A stretch of DNA of 62,268 nucleotides, counting the filler, from Nemertoderma westbladi (Eukaryota; Animalia; Xenacoelomorpha): the NCBI GenBank assembly GCA_032718475.1. It is 5 parts of 5 records of this genome, joined end to end, with 100 filler letters (N's around TTAATTAATTAA, not from the genome) between each part and the next. Parts side by side here need not be neighbours in the genome. Positions count along the whole stretch, not along the records: positions 1 to 26,151 come from JAUCBJ010007150.1; 4 more parts are not named here. One strand, 5' to 3'. Shown here in pieces: positions 1-11,117 of the stretch. Below the pieces are notes generated by a model. It was not told where the DNA came from. It saw only the letters and a list, made by a program, of their open reading frames with translations, and ran no database searches. Each line of letters opens with the position of its first letter. The first letter of the stretch is position 1. The translations under genes were made by a program, and so were the position numbers.

Positions 1-2
1 AC

Positions 3-1043
3 ACTTGCTGGCGTTTCGTGGCGCAGTGTACTTATTGTAATATTAAGGGCCATAGGGCATCTGAATGTCAACTTAGAGACGTCCCCTATGAGCACATGTC
101 AGTTAAAATCGTTCGACAATTATTCGACCATTGGGAGGATCTAGCAGACGAGCATGTATCGACGCAGCGACGCCGCTTCCCTATGAGAGCACATTTGGGA
201 TTTTGGGCCGTAAACCCTCTCATAATGTCAAAGGAAGGATATGTATCGGCTATGCCTCAGTACGATGAATTGTTGGAGGTATTGGATATATTGCCGTTGG
301 ACAGTGGATTCAAAGTTGTGCGGGACTATTTCTTACAAGTGCACCCGGACAACAAGAACACTTGGAACTTTCAAACTGTGGTGAACAAGATTACCGCCGG
401 AGAATTCGATAAACTGCGAGTTGAACAGCGGAATCGAGGAGCCTGGCATTCGATAGCTTGGGCATACCGGAGCGCATTTTATCACAAACGCGTAACCTCG
501 TGCATTCTGGACGAGACCGACGTTTTGCGTGAGACTGGCTTCAAGGCCACGCCGTTAGCGGAGAAGACGCGTCACCCACAGGATGATCAGCAATTTCGTA
601 TACTCAAAGCCCAGAAGGCCGGACAAGAGATTAAGAAGATAGTGAATGTCGCCGAGAGGACGACATCGAAGTCGCAAATCCGGATGACTCGGGGCACGGT
701 TTCCCTTGCTAGAGAACCACGTGGAGGGACAGGATACGCTTTGACTGAACCCATTAGGATTCAAACGACGTCAGAGAGCGAGGTGTCAACGGACGGAACA
801 GTCCTACCCTTTCGACTTCCTCCTAGCGTTGTAGAAACTCGATCCGATGTTAAGTCGACAGTTGGAATCGGACGAGGATTTAGAGGATTGAGCGCACGAC
901 GGATGTGCGAAACTCCCGTCGTCCCTTTTCCTAGCGTTTTGGAACCACCGACGACTCGACGCCGAAGTCCGAGCCCAGTTCGACCTCGACCACCCCCCAA
1001 TCGCACTCGAGGACGTGGACGAGCCCGCTCAGCGAAGGAATAG
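3..1043 (+). CDS. Orphan CCHC zinc-knuckle protein with basic R/S/P-rich tail (gag/nucleocapsid-like), 5'-truncated by window edge
   Basis: Frame is open from base 3. CTYCNIKGHRASEC fits CX2CX4HX4C. C-terminus RRRSPSPVRPRPPPNRTRGRGRARS. No introns; sits next to an LTR-like region. Confidence 0.55.
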   Translation, partial: TCWRFVAQCTYCNIKGHRASECQLRDVPYEHMSVKIVRQLFDHWEDLADEHVSTQRRRFPMRAHLGFWAVNPLIMSKEGYVSAMPQYDELLEVLDILPLDSGFKVVRDYFLQVHPDNKNTWNFQTVVNKITAGEFDKLRVEQRNRGAWHSIAWAYRSAFYHKRVTSCILDETDVLRETGFKATPLAEKTRHPQDDQQFRILKAQKAGQEIKKIVNVAERTTSKSQIRMTRGTVSLAREPRGGTGYALTEPIRIQTTSESEVSTDGTVLPFRLPPSVVETRSDVKSTVGIGRGFRGLSARRMCETPVVPFPSVLEPPTTRRRSPSPVRPRPPPNRTRGRGRARSAKE

Positions 1044-1842
1044 GAAGCGAGTGGAAGGAAGGCTTGCGAGCCTACCGATTTGGATATTATATTTGGATAT
1101 TATATTTGGATGTTATATTTGGATATTTTATTTGGATATTTTATTTGGATATTTATATTGGACATTATGTTTGAATGTTGGGTTTGGAGGAGCGAGATAT
1201 GAAAAGGAAGGCTTGCGAGCCTACCGTTAGCAATTGGTGCTCAGGAGAAGATATCCAGACCAGCAGGACGAACTTTTAAGCTTGTCAGGAGGACCCTTTA
1301 AGACTCATTTGAAAGTTATTAGCGCATTATGTTTATATTATATTTGGACAGATTTAATTTGGTGAAGGTTTATTATGTATATTTACAATATATAAAGATT
1401 TATCGAAAGAGTTTGATTTATTTGTTTGATTTGTTTGATTTATTTGTTCTGATTTGTTTAATTTGCTTATCTTGATAACCGAAAGCCTTTTTTTTGTATT
1501 TTAGGCACTAAAGTTAATTCGTAAATTTGTATTTGTATGTACGATCGATTGTATTTACGCCGTATCTGCAATATTAAGTATGCAATGATTAGATAGTGAT
1601 TATATTTTATATTTTAGGCCCTACCAGTAAATTTAGAAATAGTTTGTAGATATTTTATATTTTGATTGGTGAAAACAGTCTTACTTACTGTTTTCATGGA
1701 GCGGTGATGAATTATTTCACTATAAGGTAGCATTTGTAGTTTAACTTTAACGTAAAAACTTTTGAAAATCCGACGTATTTTGATTAAGTTACAGTAATGT
1801 AATATGCCTATTCATATTTGTACACATAAAACCCTTAGGTAC

Positions 1843-1917
1843 TCTCGTGGCGTAGTGGTCAGATGGTTAAGGCGTTGGTTACATTACGTAGGTTACGAGT
1901 TCGAATCCCAGTCGGGA
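1843..1917 (+). ncRNA. tRNA-like (Pol III type 2) sequence, degenerate
   Basis: A-box TGGCGTAGTGG (1848) and tRNA-like TGGTTAAGGCG, B-box GAGTTCGAATCC (~1897), possible acceptor stem TCTCG/CGGGA. T-stem pairs poorly, so not a canonical tRNA. Confidence 0.55.
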
Positions 1918-1959
1918 AATTTGTATTTTGGGGCCATTTATTTTCGTGTGGTGCTAATT

Positions 1960-2380
1960 GGTAGGCCAATGAGAAGCGTACAGCGTAGCGAATAATGAGC
2001 CAGGCCAATCATAGGGCATAAATTATCTTATTGCTCAAATGTGAGGCAGTGGAAAATTCTGTTAGGATTCCATGTCCCAGATTTAGTGTAAGGGCCGGAC
2101 TGCGTTGAACGATGAGCTGGGCCAATCATAGAGCACGAAGCACTTCATTGCTCAATGGTGAAGCTGTGGAAAATTCTGTTTAGTTTCCATGTGCAATTTC
2201 TAGTATAAAAAGGCCGGTTTGCCTTCGGTTATCACCTTCATTTCCTTTGTAAACCACCCTGATATTATTTTAAAATTAGTTTATTCGGTTTCTTGTTGAA
2301 ACTTCGTTTGATAATTCTTTGTAAAACTGTAAATATACTGCAATTTCCTGACATGTTTTCTTTTGGTCCGACTTCGGGAC
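1960..2380 (+). promoter_or_regulatory. LTR-like Pol II promoter followed by a PBS-like motif
   Basis: Three GGCCAAT boxes, ~117-bp internal duplication (~1995-2100 / ~2112-2220), TATAAAA at 2204-2210, TGACA ending 2353, TGGTCCGACTTCGGGA at 2364. Confidence 0.5.
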
Positions 2381-3963
2381 AGCCGAACACCAGGGAGATG
2401 GCAGCCTAAATCGTTAGGCCGTAAGCAACGCAGGGAAGGGATGTCCGCAACACGCTAGCGCCCACATTTGGATTGACCGCGCACCCCCTTTGCCCCCTTC
2501 GAAATACTCCACTTGCTATGCAGCGCCCGCTTCGTGAGAAGGTAAGACTTTGTTCGACGCCCTTGCCCGCCGTAAGACCTATAGATCAGGGTAAGCGTGA
2601 CACCGTACTGGACGCCGCAAATTTAGGATCAAATAATTATATCCAGACACCCCCCCTTTGTCAAGTCCTACGAATCCCTGGGTTAACCTGTACTTCCTAC
2701 AGGTGCGAACTATTGCCATTCGTCAGTACGCGAGTACATATTAGGTACGGACAGCATATGTTCCATAATTTAGTGATTCGTAGCACTGACTGTTTGGTAC
2801 CGGTTCGCTTTGTAGAACGTACATTAGTACCCCCCCCCCCCCCCCCTGTCTGGAGTTAGCTATTTGATCAGGCAAGGAGTATTTCTGCTACCGGCACACT
2901 GCTTGGCCTAGGGAGGTTTATTAATATCCTACCGCGCCTTGCCACGTACTGATAGGTATTGCTGCTAACTACCGCAGCAACAAAGTTCTAGAATTAAATT
3001 AGTATACCAGATCAGCTAACGTACGGTAGCGATTAACCCCTATTCTTATCTTACAACCAGAATCTGGTATTAGTGCCGATCACGGGTGTAGTTACTAACA
3101 CTGTGGTTGCCCATTGGGTTGTGGATAGGAAGGAGAGAGCTTTGACGTCATTCGTGAGTATAAAGTTCTACAAACGCGACTAGTTTATTTTAGTAGCTAG
3201 CGCACGGTATCATTTTAGTCAGAAAATCACTAAAACCTAGTAAAAGGAATTACACGAAATTGTTTTATTTGTAACACACCCACACACACACGCCCTAAAA
3301 CATATTGCCCTTAAAGTTCTACTAGCTATAGCGTACTATACATTACTTTAGTGGAAATTGTCTGTATTTGTAAAATTAGGATCTGATTTAGTTGCGGCAA
3401 AATAAGGAGTATTTCACTTTCGTTATTAAACTGTTGTTTGTCTGGACAACGGTATTGTTACATTTAGGCCTGACCTTTTAGACTGATTTCGTACAGGGGG
3501 ATCAGTTATTGTTACATTTAGGTACGACCCCTTTTCGACTGATTTAGGACTGTCAGTGTTGTTACGCTAGGTCTGTTAACCCACTAGCTCGTATATAAAC
3601 CATATAAATCACACCGCGGCAAGTTACTGTATTTAGGACTGTCAGTGATAGTTAGGATTCGCTGCGCGGGGATTGTTTTCCCGTGAGTTTGGTCTGTTAC
3701 TGTAACTGTACATCTGCCTCACCGGTTAGAGGACAGGTATCCTTCTGTCTAGTACGTAGGCATTCACCCGCTCACGTACATAGAATAGATACAAGGCTCT
3801 GTTCCTCGCCAGTAGTCGTTTGTGTACTATATCTGTTTGTTTAGATATCCTGGACTGGGATTTGTTGTCAGATACTGTACAAGCCCGTATACATTACTAG
3901 AGTCTCATAGTAAGATACATCGTTACTAGGATCTGGTAAGCGGTATACTACTGGACCCTTACA

Positions 3964-5220
3964 TTAGTAAAACAGCATACCCAGGAGGAGACCGCAGTGT
4001 AAGTTAGTAAAACAGCATACCCAGGAGGAGACCGCAGTGTAAGTTAGTAAAACAGCATACACAGGAGGAGACCGCAGTGTAAGTTAGTAAAACAGCATAC
4101 CCAGGAGGAGACCGCAGTGTAAGTTAGTAAAACAGCATACCCAGGAGGAGACCGCAGTGTAAGTTAGTAAAACAGCATACCCAGGAGGAGACTGCAGTGT
4201 AAGTTAGTAAAACAGCATACCCAGGAGGAGACTGCAGTGTAAGTTAGTAAAACAGCATACCCAGGAGGAGACCGCAGTGTAAGTTAGTAAAACAGCATAC
4301 CCAGGAGGAGACCGCGGCGTAAGTTAGTAAAACAGCATACCCAGGAGGAGACCGCAGTGTAAGTTAGTAAAACAGCATACCCAGGAGGAGACTGCAGTGT
4401 AAGTTAGTAAAACAGCATACCCAGGAGGAGACCGCAGTGTAAGTTAGTAAAACAGCATACCCAGGAGGAGACCGCAGTGTAAGTTAGTAAAACAGCATAC
4501 ACAGGAGGAGACCGCAGTGTAAGTTAGTAAAACAGCATACCCAGGAGGAGACCGCAGTGTAAGTTAGTAAAACAGCATACCCAGGAGGAGACCGCAGTGT
4601 AAGTTAGTAAAACAGCATACCCAGGAGGAGACCGCAGTGTAAGTTAGTAAAACAGCATACCCAGGAGGAGACCGCAGTGTAAGTTAGTAAAACAGCATAC
4701 CCAGGAGGAGACTGCAGTGTAAGTTAGTAAAACAGCATACCCAGGAGGAGACCGCAGTGTAAGTTAGTAAAACAGCATACCCAGGAGGAGACCGCAGTGT
4801 TAGTTAGTAAAACAGCATACCCAGGAGGAGACCGCAGTGTAAGTTAGTAAAACAGCATACCCAGGAGGAGACCGCAGTGTTAGTTAGTAAAACAGCATAC
4901 CCAGGAGGAGACCGCAGTGTAAGTTAGTAAAACAGCATACCCAGGAGGAGACTGCAGTGTAAGTTAGTAAAACAGCATACCCAGGAGGAGACTGCAGTGT
5001 AAGTTAGTAAAACAGCATACCCAGGAGGAGACCGCAGTGTAAGTTAGTAAAACAGCATATCCAGGAGGAGACCGCAGTGTAAGTTAGTAAAACAGCATAC
5101 CCAGGAGGAGACCGCAGTGTAAGTTAGTAAAACAGCATACCCAGGAGGAGACTGCAGTGTAAGTTAGTAAAACAGCATACCCAGGAGGAGACTGCAGTGT
5201 AAGTTAGTAAAACAGCATAC
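3964..5220. repeat. 40-bp minisatellite, ~31 copies
   Basis: Unit TTAGTAAAACAGCATACCCAGGAGGAGAC(C/T)GCAGTGTAAG, near-identical copies, no spacers. Confidence 0.98.
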
Positions 5221-5711
5221 TGCAGAACGCAGAGTAGTTAAGCATAATACGAAGGAATATTCAAGAAGTGAAATTCGAAATCCATCTTGTCCTGTGTCTG
5301 TGGAAGCTGAACTCATCTTTGGGCCTACCAAGGAGTAGTGGAATATTGCAACATTGCATTGCAATATTGCATCCGAAACTCTCCGGAGCTCGTCGGCTCC
5401 AGTCCCAAACTCAAAGGGGCTAGCAAAGTTTTCATTTTTAAGAATGCCTTAAAGGGACTAGCTAGGGTTTATCCCTGCCTTGCATTCTTAAATGGTAGCT
5501 AAACAAGTACCAGCCTCCTCTGGGGATTATAGTTATCGTTGGCGGGGGGGGGGGGGGGGGGGGGGGGATTCATACTTTGCACGTAATTTCTGGCATAACG
5601 GCTGATGAAATCTTTTCATCCAAAATAGTGTTTCATTTGTCTAATATTTATGCTGGTGTTGAGTTAGGGACAACCATAAAAAATGTTTTACATTATTATA
5701 TATTTATATAG

Positions 5712-5838
5712 GATTCTTGCCACAGAAAAGGAAGCGCAAAGACATCACACAACAATGTGGCACAGAATAAATGCACTTCGACGATTTACTGGGGCAAATA
5801 ATAAAATACTGCCGGTGGTAAATCCTTCCCCTGAAAAG
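5712..5838 (+). CDS. SLC8A: Na+/Ca2+ exchanger internal exon (cytoplasmic loop)
   Basis: TATAG| ... AAG|GTTTGT. Encodes ILATEKEAQRHHTTMWHRINALRRFTGANNKILPVVNPSPEK, similar to the NCX 'SRAFYRIQATRLMTGAGNIL' motif. Ends phase 0, matching the next exon. Confidence 0.8.
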
Positions 5839-7169
5839 GTTTGTAACAATTTCTAATTTTAATTATTTGAATTTAATCGCGTACTGTTTATTCATAAGAT
5901 AGTATGACGTAGACGTCCAGAATTCGTGCAGCATGAACTCTAGGTAAGCCTTTACACACCAGCAAAATTAGTGGACCTGGCCGGTGACTCCAACCATCAT
6001 CAGGGATCAGCTGAATGTGATAGTTGGATCTATAATTCTAGCAAATTCTAAGTTTCTTAAAATTCGACCCCTAGCAGCAGACAGAGGAACTATAGTCACA
6101 TGTCTGTGTGTAGAAGTTACAAACTCTTGATACACATACATATGTACCAAGTTTGGTTTTATTTCATCAATGAAAAACCGACTTAATAGTCGGTTTACAT
6201 TTCCAATAATTACAACGACAACAACCACAGATGGTCCACTAATTGTACCTGCAATTTCATTCAGCTTGACTTGGTGGCTCGCCCCAGATATGGGTAGATT
6301 GAAACCCCCATATAATTATTAAATATACGCCTCAAGCGGGTCAAATGTATAAAAATTGTCTAAAACGTGTAAAAAATGTTTATTAATTATTATAAAATTG
6401 TTTAAAATAAATATCTTGAAAGACAGATAAGGCAGACAGGGAGGGTCATTGCGAGCAACTAAAGGCGTGGTATTTATCACCGACGAGGCGGACTCAGAAT
6501 TGGCAGATGCATCCGGTTAAAGAGATGGTGGGGGGGGGGGGGGGGGGGGGGATGGTAAGATGTGTTGTCGTAAATTTTTTGAACATTGAGATGTCATTCT
6601 GGTGATGAGATGGCGCTTTCGCTGTGAGTTTCCATGTTGTTGTTATGAATTCTGGACCAAGCTGATATTGGTCGAGTAAGAAGTTGGCGTGACGTTCTTG
6701 TCTGTACTTGTCATATTGTTCTAGAATGCTTGAGTTAAATATGCTGGAGAATTTGATTCTGATATCATTATTTAAAGTTCGGAAGTCAGTCAATTTTATT
6801 GCGAGTGTAGAAGAAGCTGAAATATGGAGCTTGAAACCCCCATATGATATATATAAATGTCTCTTATCATTTTATTATTATTATGTATATGTTATATTTA
6901 TGGAAGGAAAACTGAAATTACATACATCGGCCACACCACTATCATGCATCGCCTGTTGGCTCCGCAATGCAAAACCCCCACAGTTCACAATAATCCTTGT
7001 AAATCCCTAACTTATCTGGATTTTCATGATCATTGTCTTTTAGCAGAAATTTCAGGAATGTGAACAGCAGTAAGGAGCAGAACAGGTAAATTAGCAAATA
7101 GCAGAACAATCAGCTGGAATAAACTTATTTACACGAAAATTTTGATTAAGGAAATTTACATACCCTTGC

Positions 7170-7525
7170 TAGTGTTTTAATTGAGGCACTGCCTTGTCCT
7201 TTTGTATTTGGAGGTCTTCAACAGATCTCCGAATCCAAAGACCATGTGTAACATAATTCTTATGCGTGACCAACCAGGCCATCCGCTGGGAGAATCTAAA
7301 TTAGGATTTGGTCTTTTGACATCAACAAATAGACCTACATTGGTTGCTGCTTGTTCTAGACAGCTGAGTAGACTTTGAGCTCCATTAAGATCATCAGTAA
7401 ATTTCAGGTCCATCCTTTCTCTGGTAGGTTTCATCTATGTCTAGTATGACTGGCTGGTTGAACATAGTCCACCACAATAATGAAGAGGAAAGGAGGCGTT
7501 TCACGTTGAATGACACCCCATAACA
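7170..7525 (-). pseudogene. Degenerate RTE LINE RT fragment
   Basis: DLKFTDDL..AQSLLSCLEQAATNVGLFV resembles DLDFADDL..AQRLLSSLEHAASSVGLFI of the 24485 RTE. Confidence 0.7.
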
Positions 7526-8829
7526 CTTTATCATATTTTTAATTAAAAATGGCTAATTAGAAAAAATGGTAATATTTATCAAAATTCCATAAGATAACTT
7601 TTAAAGAGCTTCCAAAGCTCGTTCGAATGAGCCATAAACGAAGAAAATTGGTTGAAAAATGACGGAGGAGTAGTAATTTGAAAATGAAAAATGTCATTCC
7701 GAGAAAATGCTCTTCAAAGTTTAAACCGTCCCGCCAAAATTGGCTGTCTGTGTTCTGGTTGGTTAATTATTTTTGGCACGAATAATGCACACCAACGAGT
7801 TAAAATGTTCATTTCTGGGGTTTTCGGGGTTGCTGATTTCATTTCCGATGTCAGTTTTAATTTTTAGTGGAATCTAGTCTATCTGTCTGTCTGTCGGTCT
7901 TCTGTCTTCCTTACAATTTGACGGACAGACCGTCATATGGAAAAACAGTGATAACTCGAGAACTGAAAGAGGTCTCACTAAGCGGTTTTCAGATTTGTAA
8001 TCCTCATTAAATTCTGCTCTAGGTGAGATAAAGAAACAATAATTTGAAAATTTTACCTGAGGGGGGGTATACCCCCCCCTTAAATAGGTCTGAAACTCCA
8101 TCTGCAGTAGAGATAAACTTTGTGAAACCATCATAAAGTGATTTTATTGCATCAATTATCTCATTGGGGATCCCGGAGGATCCAAAGATCTTCATCATGG
8201 TTAGGTAGGAAACATAATGGAAGGCTTTGAAGAAGTCTACAAATATGTTGGCTAGATGTCTAGATGATCAGTCGGCATTTCGTTGTAGAAAATTCTTCAA
8301 AGATATGCCGAAGTGCCAAAATTCCCTCTAGGATACTTCCACCTATATAAAACGCATTTTGGTTGCCAAGTAGAAGACTTTCAACAGGCCTTATACGTTA
8401 TTCTGTTGGACACTTACAAATTATTGAATTGCTAATTATAGTTTAAATACATTAGCTTATAGCTAATAGCTGTACCGTTTGCAGCCAATGAAATCTATTA
8501 AAAATTACGTATTATGTTTTTTTTTTATTTTACTAATTTATTTTGTTAAATGTATAACTTTTTTCACTATTCCCGAGGCGTTTTATTTACCGAGTGTCAG
8601 CATGGAATAAAAGGTCGAGAGAATATTTAAAAAAAATGTTCTTGAATGTTCTAAAATGTTGTAAAAAAATTTTTAAGTTTTTTTTTACTTTTAGTTGTTT
8701 AATTATTTAGTAAAAGCTCGAGCGATATAGTGTTACAGTTACAAAATAAATTAAACTGTAGCATTTTATATTTTTTATAGTTTATTGCTTCCATAGTTAC
8801 GCGATACATATTAGTGCACTCCTTAACAC

Positions 8830-9066
8830 CTGATGCTGCCTTACTCAATGTTAAAATAATTTAGTGTTCTCGAATATTTATTACGTAACTAGAGAGCCGC
8901 TTAACATAAACCAATATTGGATATTGAGTTACGTTTTGGAGTTCGCCTTGCAGACACTAAAGATGCAATAACTTTTGAGTTTGTGAATCAAATTACTTAC
9001 AATCAATGCACACTTTTGTCCCGATTTTGTCGTATATTCGACCGAAAAAGTATCAATTAAAGAATA
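8830..9066. mobile_element. Dispersed repeat (probable non-autonomous DNA transposon fragment)
   Basis: Closely matches ~34828-35166 (GCCTTACTCAA..TAGTGTTCTCGAATATTTATTACG..CCAATATTGGATATTGAG..CAATAACTTTTGAG). Confidence 0.75.
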
Positions 9067-9088
9067 AAACAATTGTGTTCCTTACAAG

Positions 9089-9255
9089 CACAAAGAAATG
9101 TTATTGGCATGGAAAGGTAAAGCCGACAGGACAGTGGGAAACACCCGAGCTGTGGTTGAATTCTCTGCTCCGAGATACAGTATCAAAGAAAATCAGGGAA
9201 AGATAATTATAGGAGTGAGACGCTACGGTCGTAAAGACAACAGGGTAATAGTGAG
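9089..9255 (+). CDS. SLC8A: Na+/Ca2+ exchanger exon, start of Calx-beta domain 1
   Basis: TTCCTTACAAG| ... GTGAG|GTTAGT. HKEMLLAWKGKADRTVGNTRAVVEFSAPRYSIKENQGKIIIGVRRYGRKDNRVIV(R). Phase 0 in, phase 2 out. Missed by the ORF track. Confidence 0.85.
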
Positions 9256-9432
9256 GTTAGTTGGATGTCACTAATGTACTGTACATTGTCTCTATAATTT
9301 TTGAATTTATATGGTGTTAACTTATAGCTTGTTACATATGTCAACCTTATTGTTGTGTCTGTGTCTGAATTTGTTGTAACTGTTTTTTGTTTTATAAATT
9401 TTAATCTGAAGTACAAAAGGTTACTCTACATG

Positions 9433-10169
9433 TTTCCTCTCTTTGAGGTTACATGAACATTACCCGGCGCGGGGCCACGTTTTCCTCTCTTTGAGGTTAA
9501 ACGAACATTACCCGGGCGCGGGGCCACGTTTTCCTCTCTTTGAGGTTAAACGAACATTACCCGGGCGCGGGGCCACGTTTTCCTCTCTTTCAGGTTACAT
9601 GAATAATACCCGGGCGCGGGGCCACGTTTTCCTCTCTTTGAGGTTAAACGAACATTACCCGGGCGCGGGGCCACGTTTTCCTCTCTTTCAGGTTACATGA
9701 ATAATACCCAGGCGCGGGGCCACGTTTTCCTCTCTTTGAGGTTAAACGAACATTACCCGGGCGCGGGGCCACGTTTTCCTCTCTTTCAGGTTACATGAAT
9801 AATACCCGGGCGCGGGGCCACGTTTTCCTCTCTTTGAGGTTAAACGAACATTACCCGGGCGCGGGGCCACGTTTTCCTCTCTTTCAGGTTACATGAATAA
9901 TACCCGGGCGCGGGGCCACGTTTTCCTCTCTTTGAGGTTAAACGAACATTACCCGGGCGCGGGGCCACGTTTTCCTCTCTTTCAGGTTACATGAATAATA
10001 CCCGGGCGCGGGGCCACGTTTTCCTCTCTTTGAGGTTAAACGAACATTACCCGGGCGCGGGGCCACGTTTTCCTCTCTTTCAGGTTACATGAATAATACC
10101 CGGGCACAGGGCCACGTTTTCCTCTCTTTGAGGTTACATGTATAATACCCGAGCACGGGACCACGTTTT
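9433..10169. repeat. 49-bp minisatellite, ~15 copies with alternating A/B variants (98-bp higher-order unit)
   Basis: TTTCCTCTCTTTGAGGTTAAACGAACATTACCCGGGCGCGGGGCCACGT alternates with TTTCCTCTCTTTCAGGTTACATGAATAATACCCGGGCGCGGGGCCACGT. Confidence 0.97.
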
Positions 10170-10887
10170 AAACTTTAACCCTTTAATTTAATTTAATTAT
10201 ATTACAAATTCGTCTACTAAAATATTTTCTGTTTAAATCTCCATCTATTAAAATGCCCCAACTAATTACCATAAATCTATTGCTAAATTAGCACTCCTAA
10301 TACATAGTCCCTATCCTTCCTATTCTTATCTATCTACTTTCTACTCTACCTTAGCTACATTATCTATCTATCTATATGCCATCTTCTTTTTCACCTCTAT
10401 TCTGCATCTGCAACACCCTACAGTATAATATTACTTCAAACCACTACTTACTACATCCATTTTACATATATTTACATTTTATATAATCCGATCCTCCTGG
10501 TGGGCAGCCGTTTACTAGCCCTGCTATTTGGCTGTTCTCCAATACCCATTTATATAGAACTTACCATATATAGTATCTATTCATGTTAATTTCTATTTTA
10601 TACTGAGTTATTGTTATTTTGAATTATTATTTTCAACTTTGAAACATTGAAACATTAAACCTGTTTAAAAATTACAGAAATGTTGGCCACCTCGAATCCA
10701 GAGGTAACTTTAATCATGTCGAATAATCCTTTTTAATATAATAAGGAAATAAATTGTATGTAAAAACTTTAATAAAAATTCAATATGATCCTATGGTCGA
10801 TAAGACAGTAAGTTAGTTTGGTAGTTTAATGGTAAGCTAATAAATAGTATTGGTAGTATATATAAACAAACATTTCTTATTGTACAG

Positions 10888-11117
10888 ATACCATACTGAA
10901 GATGAGACGGCAGTAGCTGGAGAGGATTACGTCGCTGCCAGTAGAATTCTGGAAATCGGGGAGGGAATCACTCGGGAAGAGATTGTTATAAACATTATCG
11001 ATGATAACATTTGGGAGCCGGATGAGGTATTCATCGTGAAATTATCGTCCGTTGTGGAAGGAAAAGCAATCATCGGTCGGACACAGAGTTGCGCAGTCAC
11101 CATTATAGATAACGATG
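10888..11117 (+). CDS. SLC8A: Na+/Ca2+ exchanger exon, Calx-beta domain 1 (Ca2+-binding)
   Basis: TGTACAG| ... G|GTGAGT. YHTEDETAVAGEDY...INIIDDNIWEPDEVFIVKL...AVTIIDND is a classic Calx-beta motif. Phase 2 in, phase 1 out. Confidence 0.92.

Noticed and set aside
1843-1917. Functional tRNA gene
   Set aside because: T-stem and anticodon stem do not pair properly; reported only as tRNA-like.
3964-5220. CRISPR array (also considered for the 49-, 32- and 30-bp arrays)
   Set aside because: Units are head-to-tail with no unique spacers, the context is eukaryotic and no cas genes are present.
5602-5630. Other CTGATGA hammerhead-like cores (also ~21699)
   Set aside because: No stem II-GAAA-stem III-UH arrangement follows.
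6007-6793. Minus-strand ORFs of 73 and 99 aa
   Set aside because: No recognisable motif; probably old TE debris in an NCX intron.
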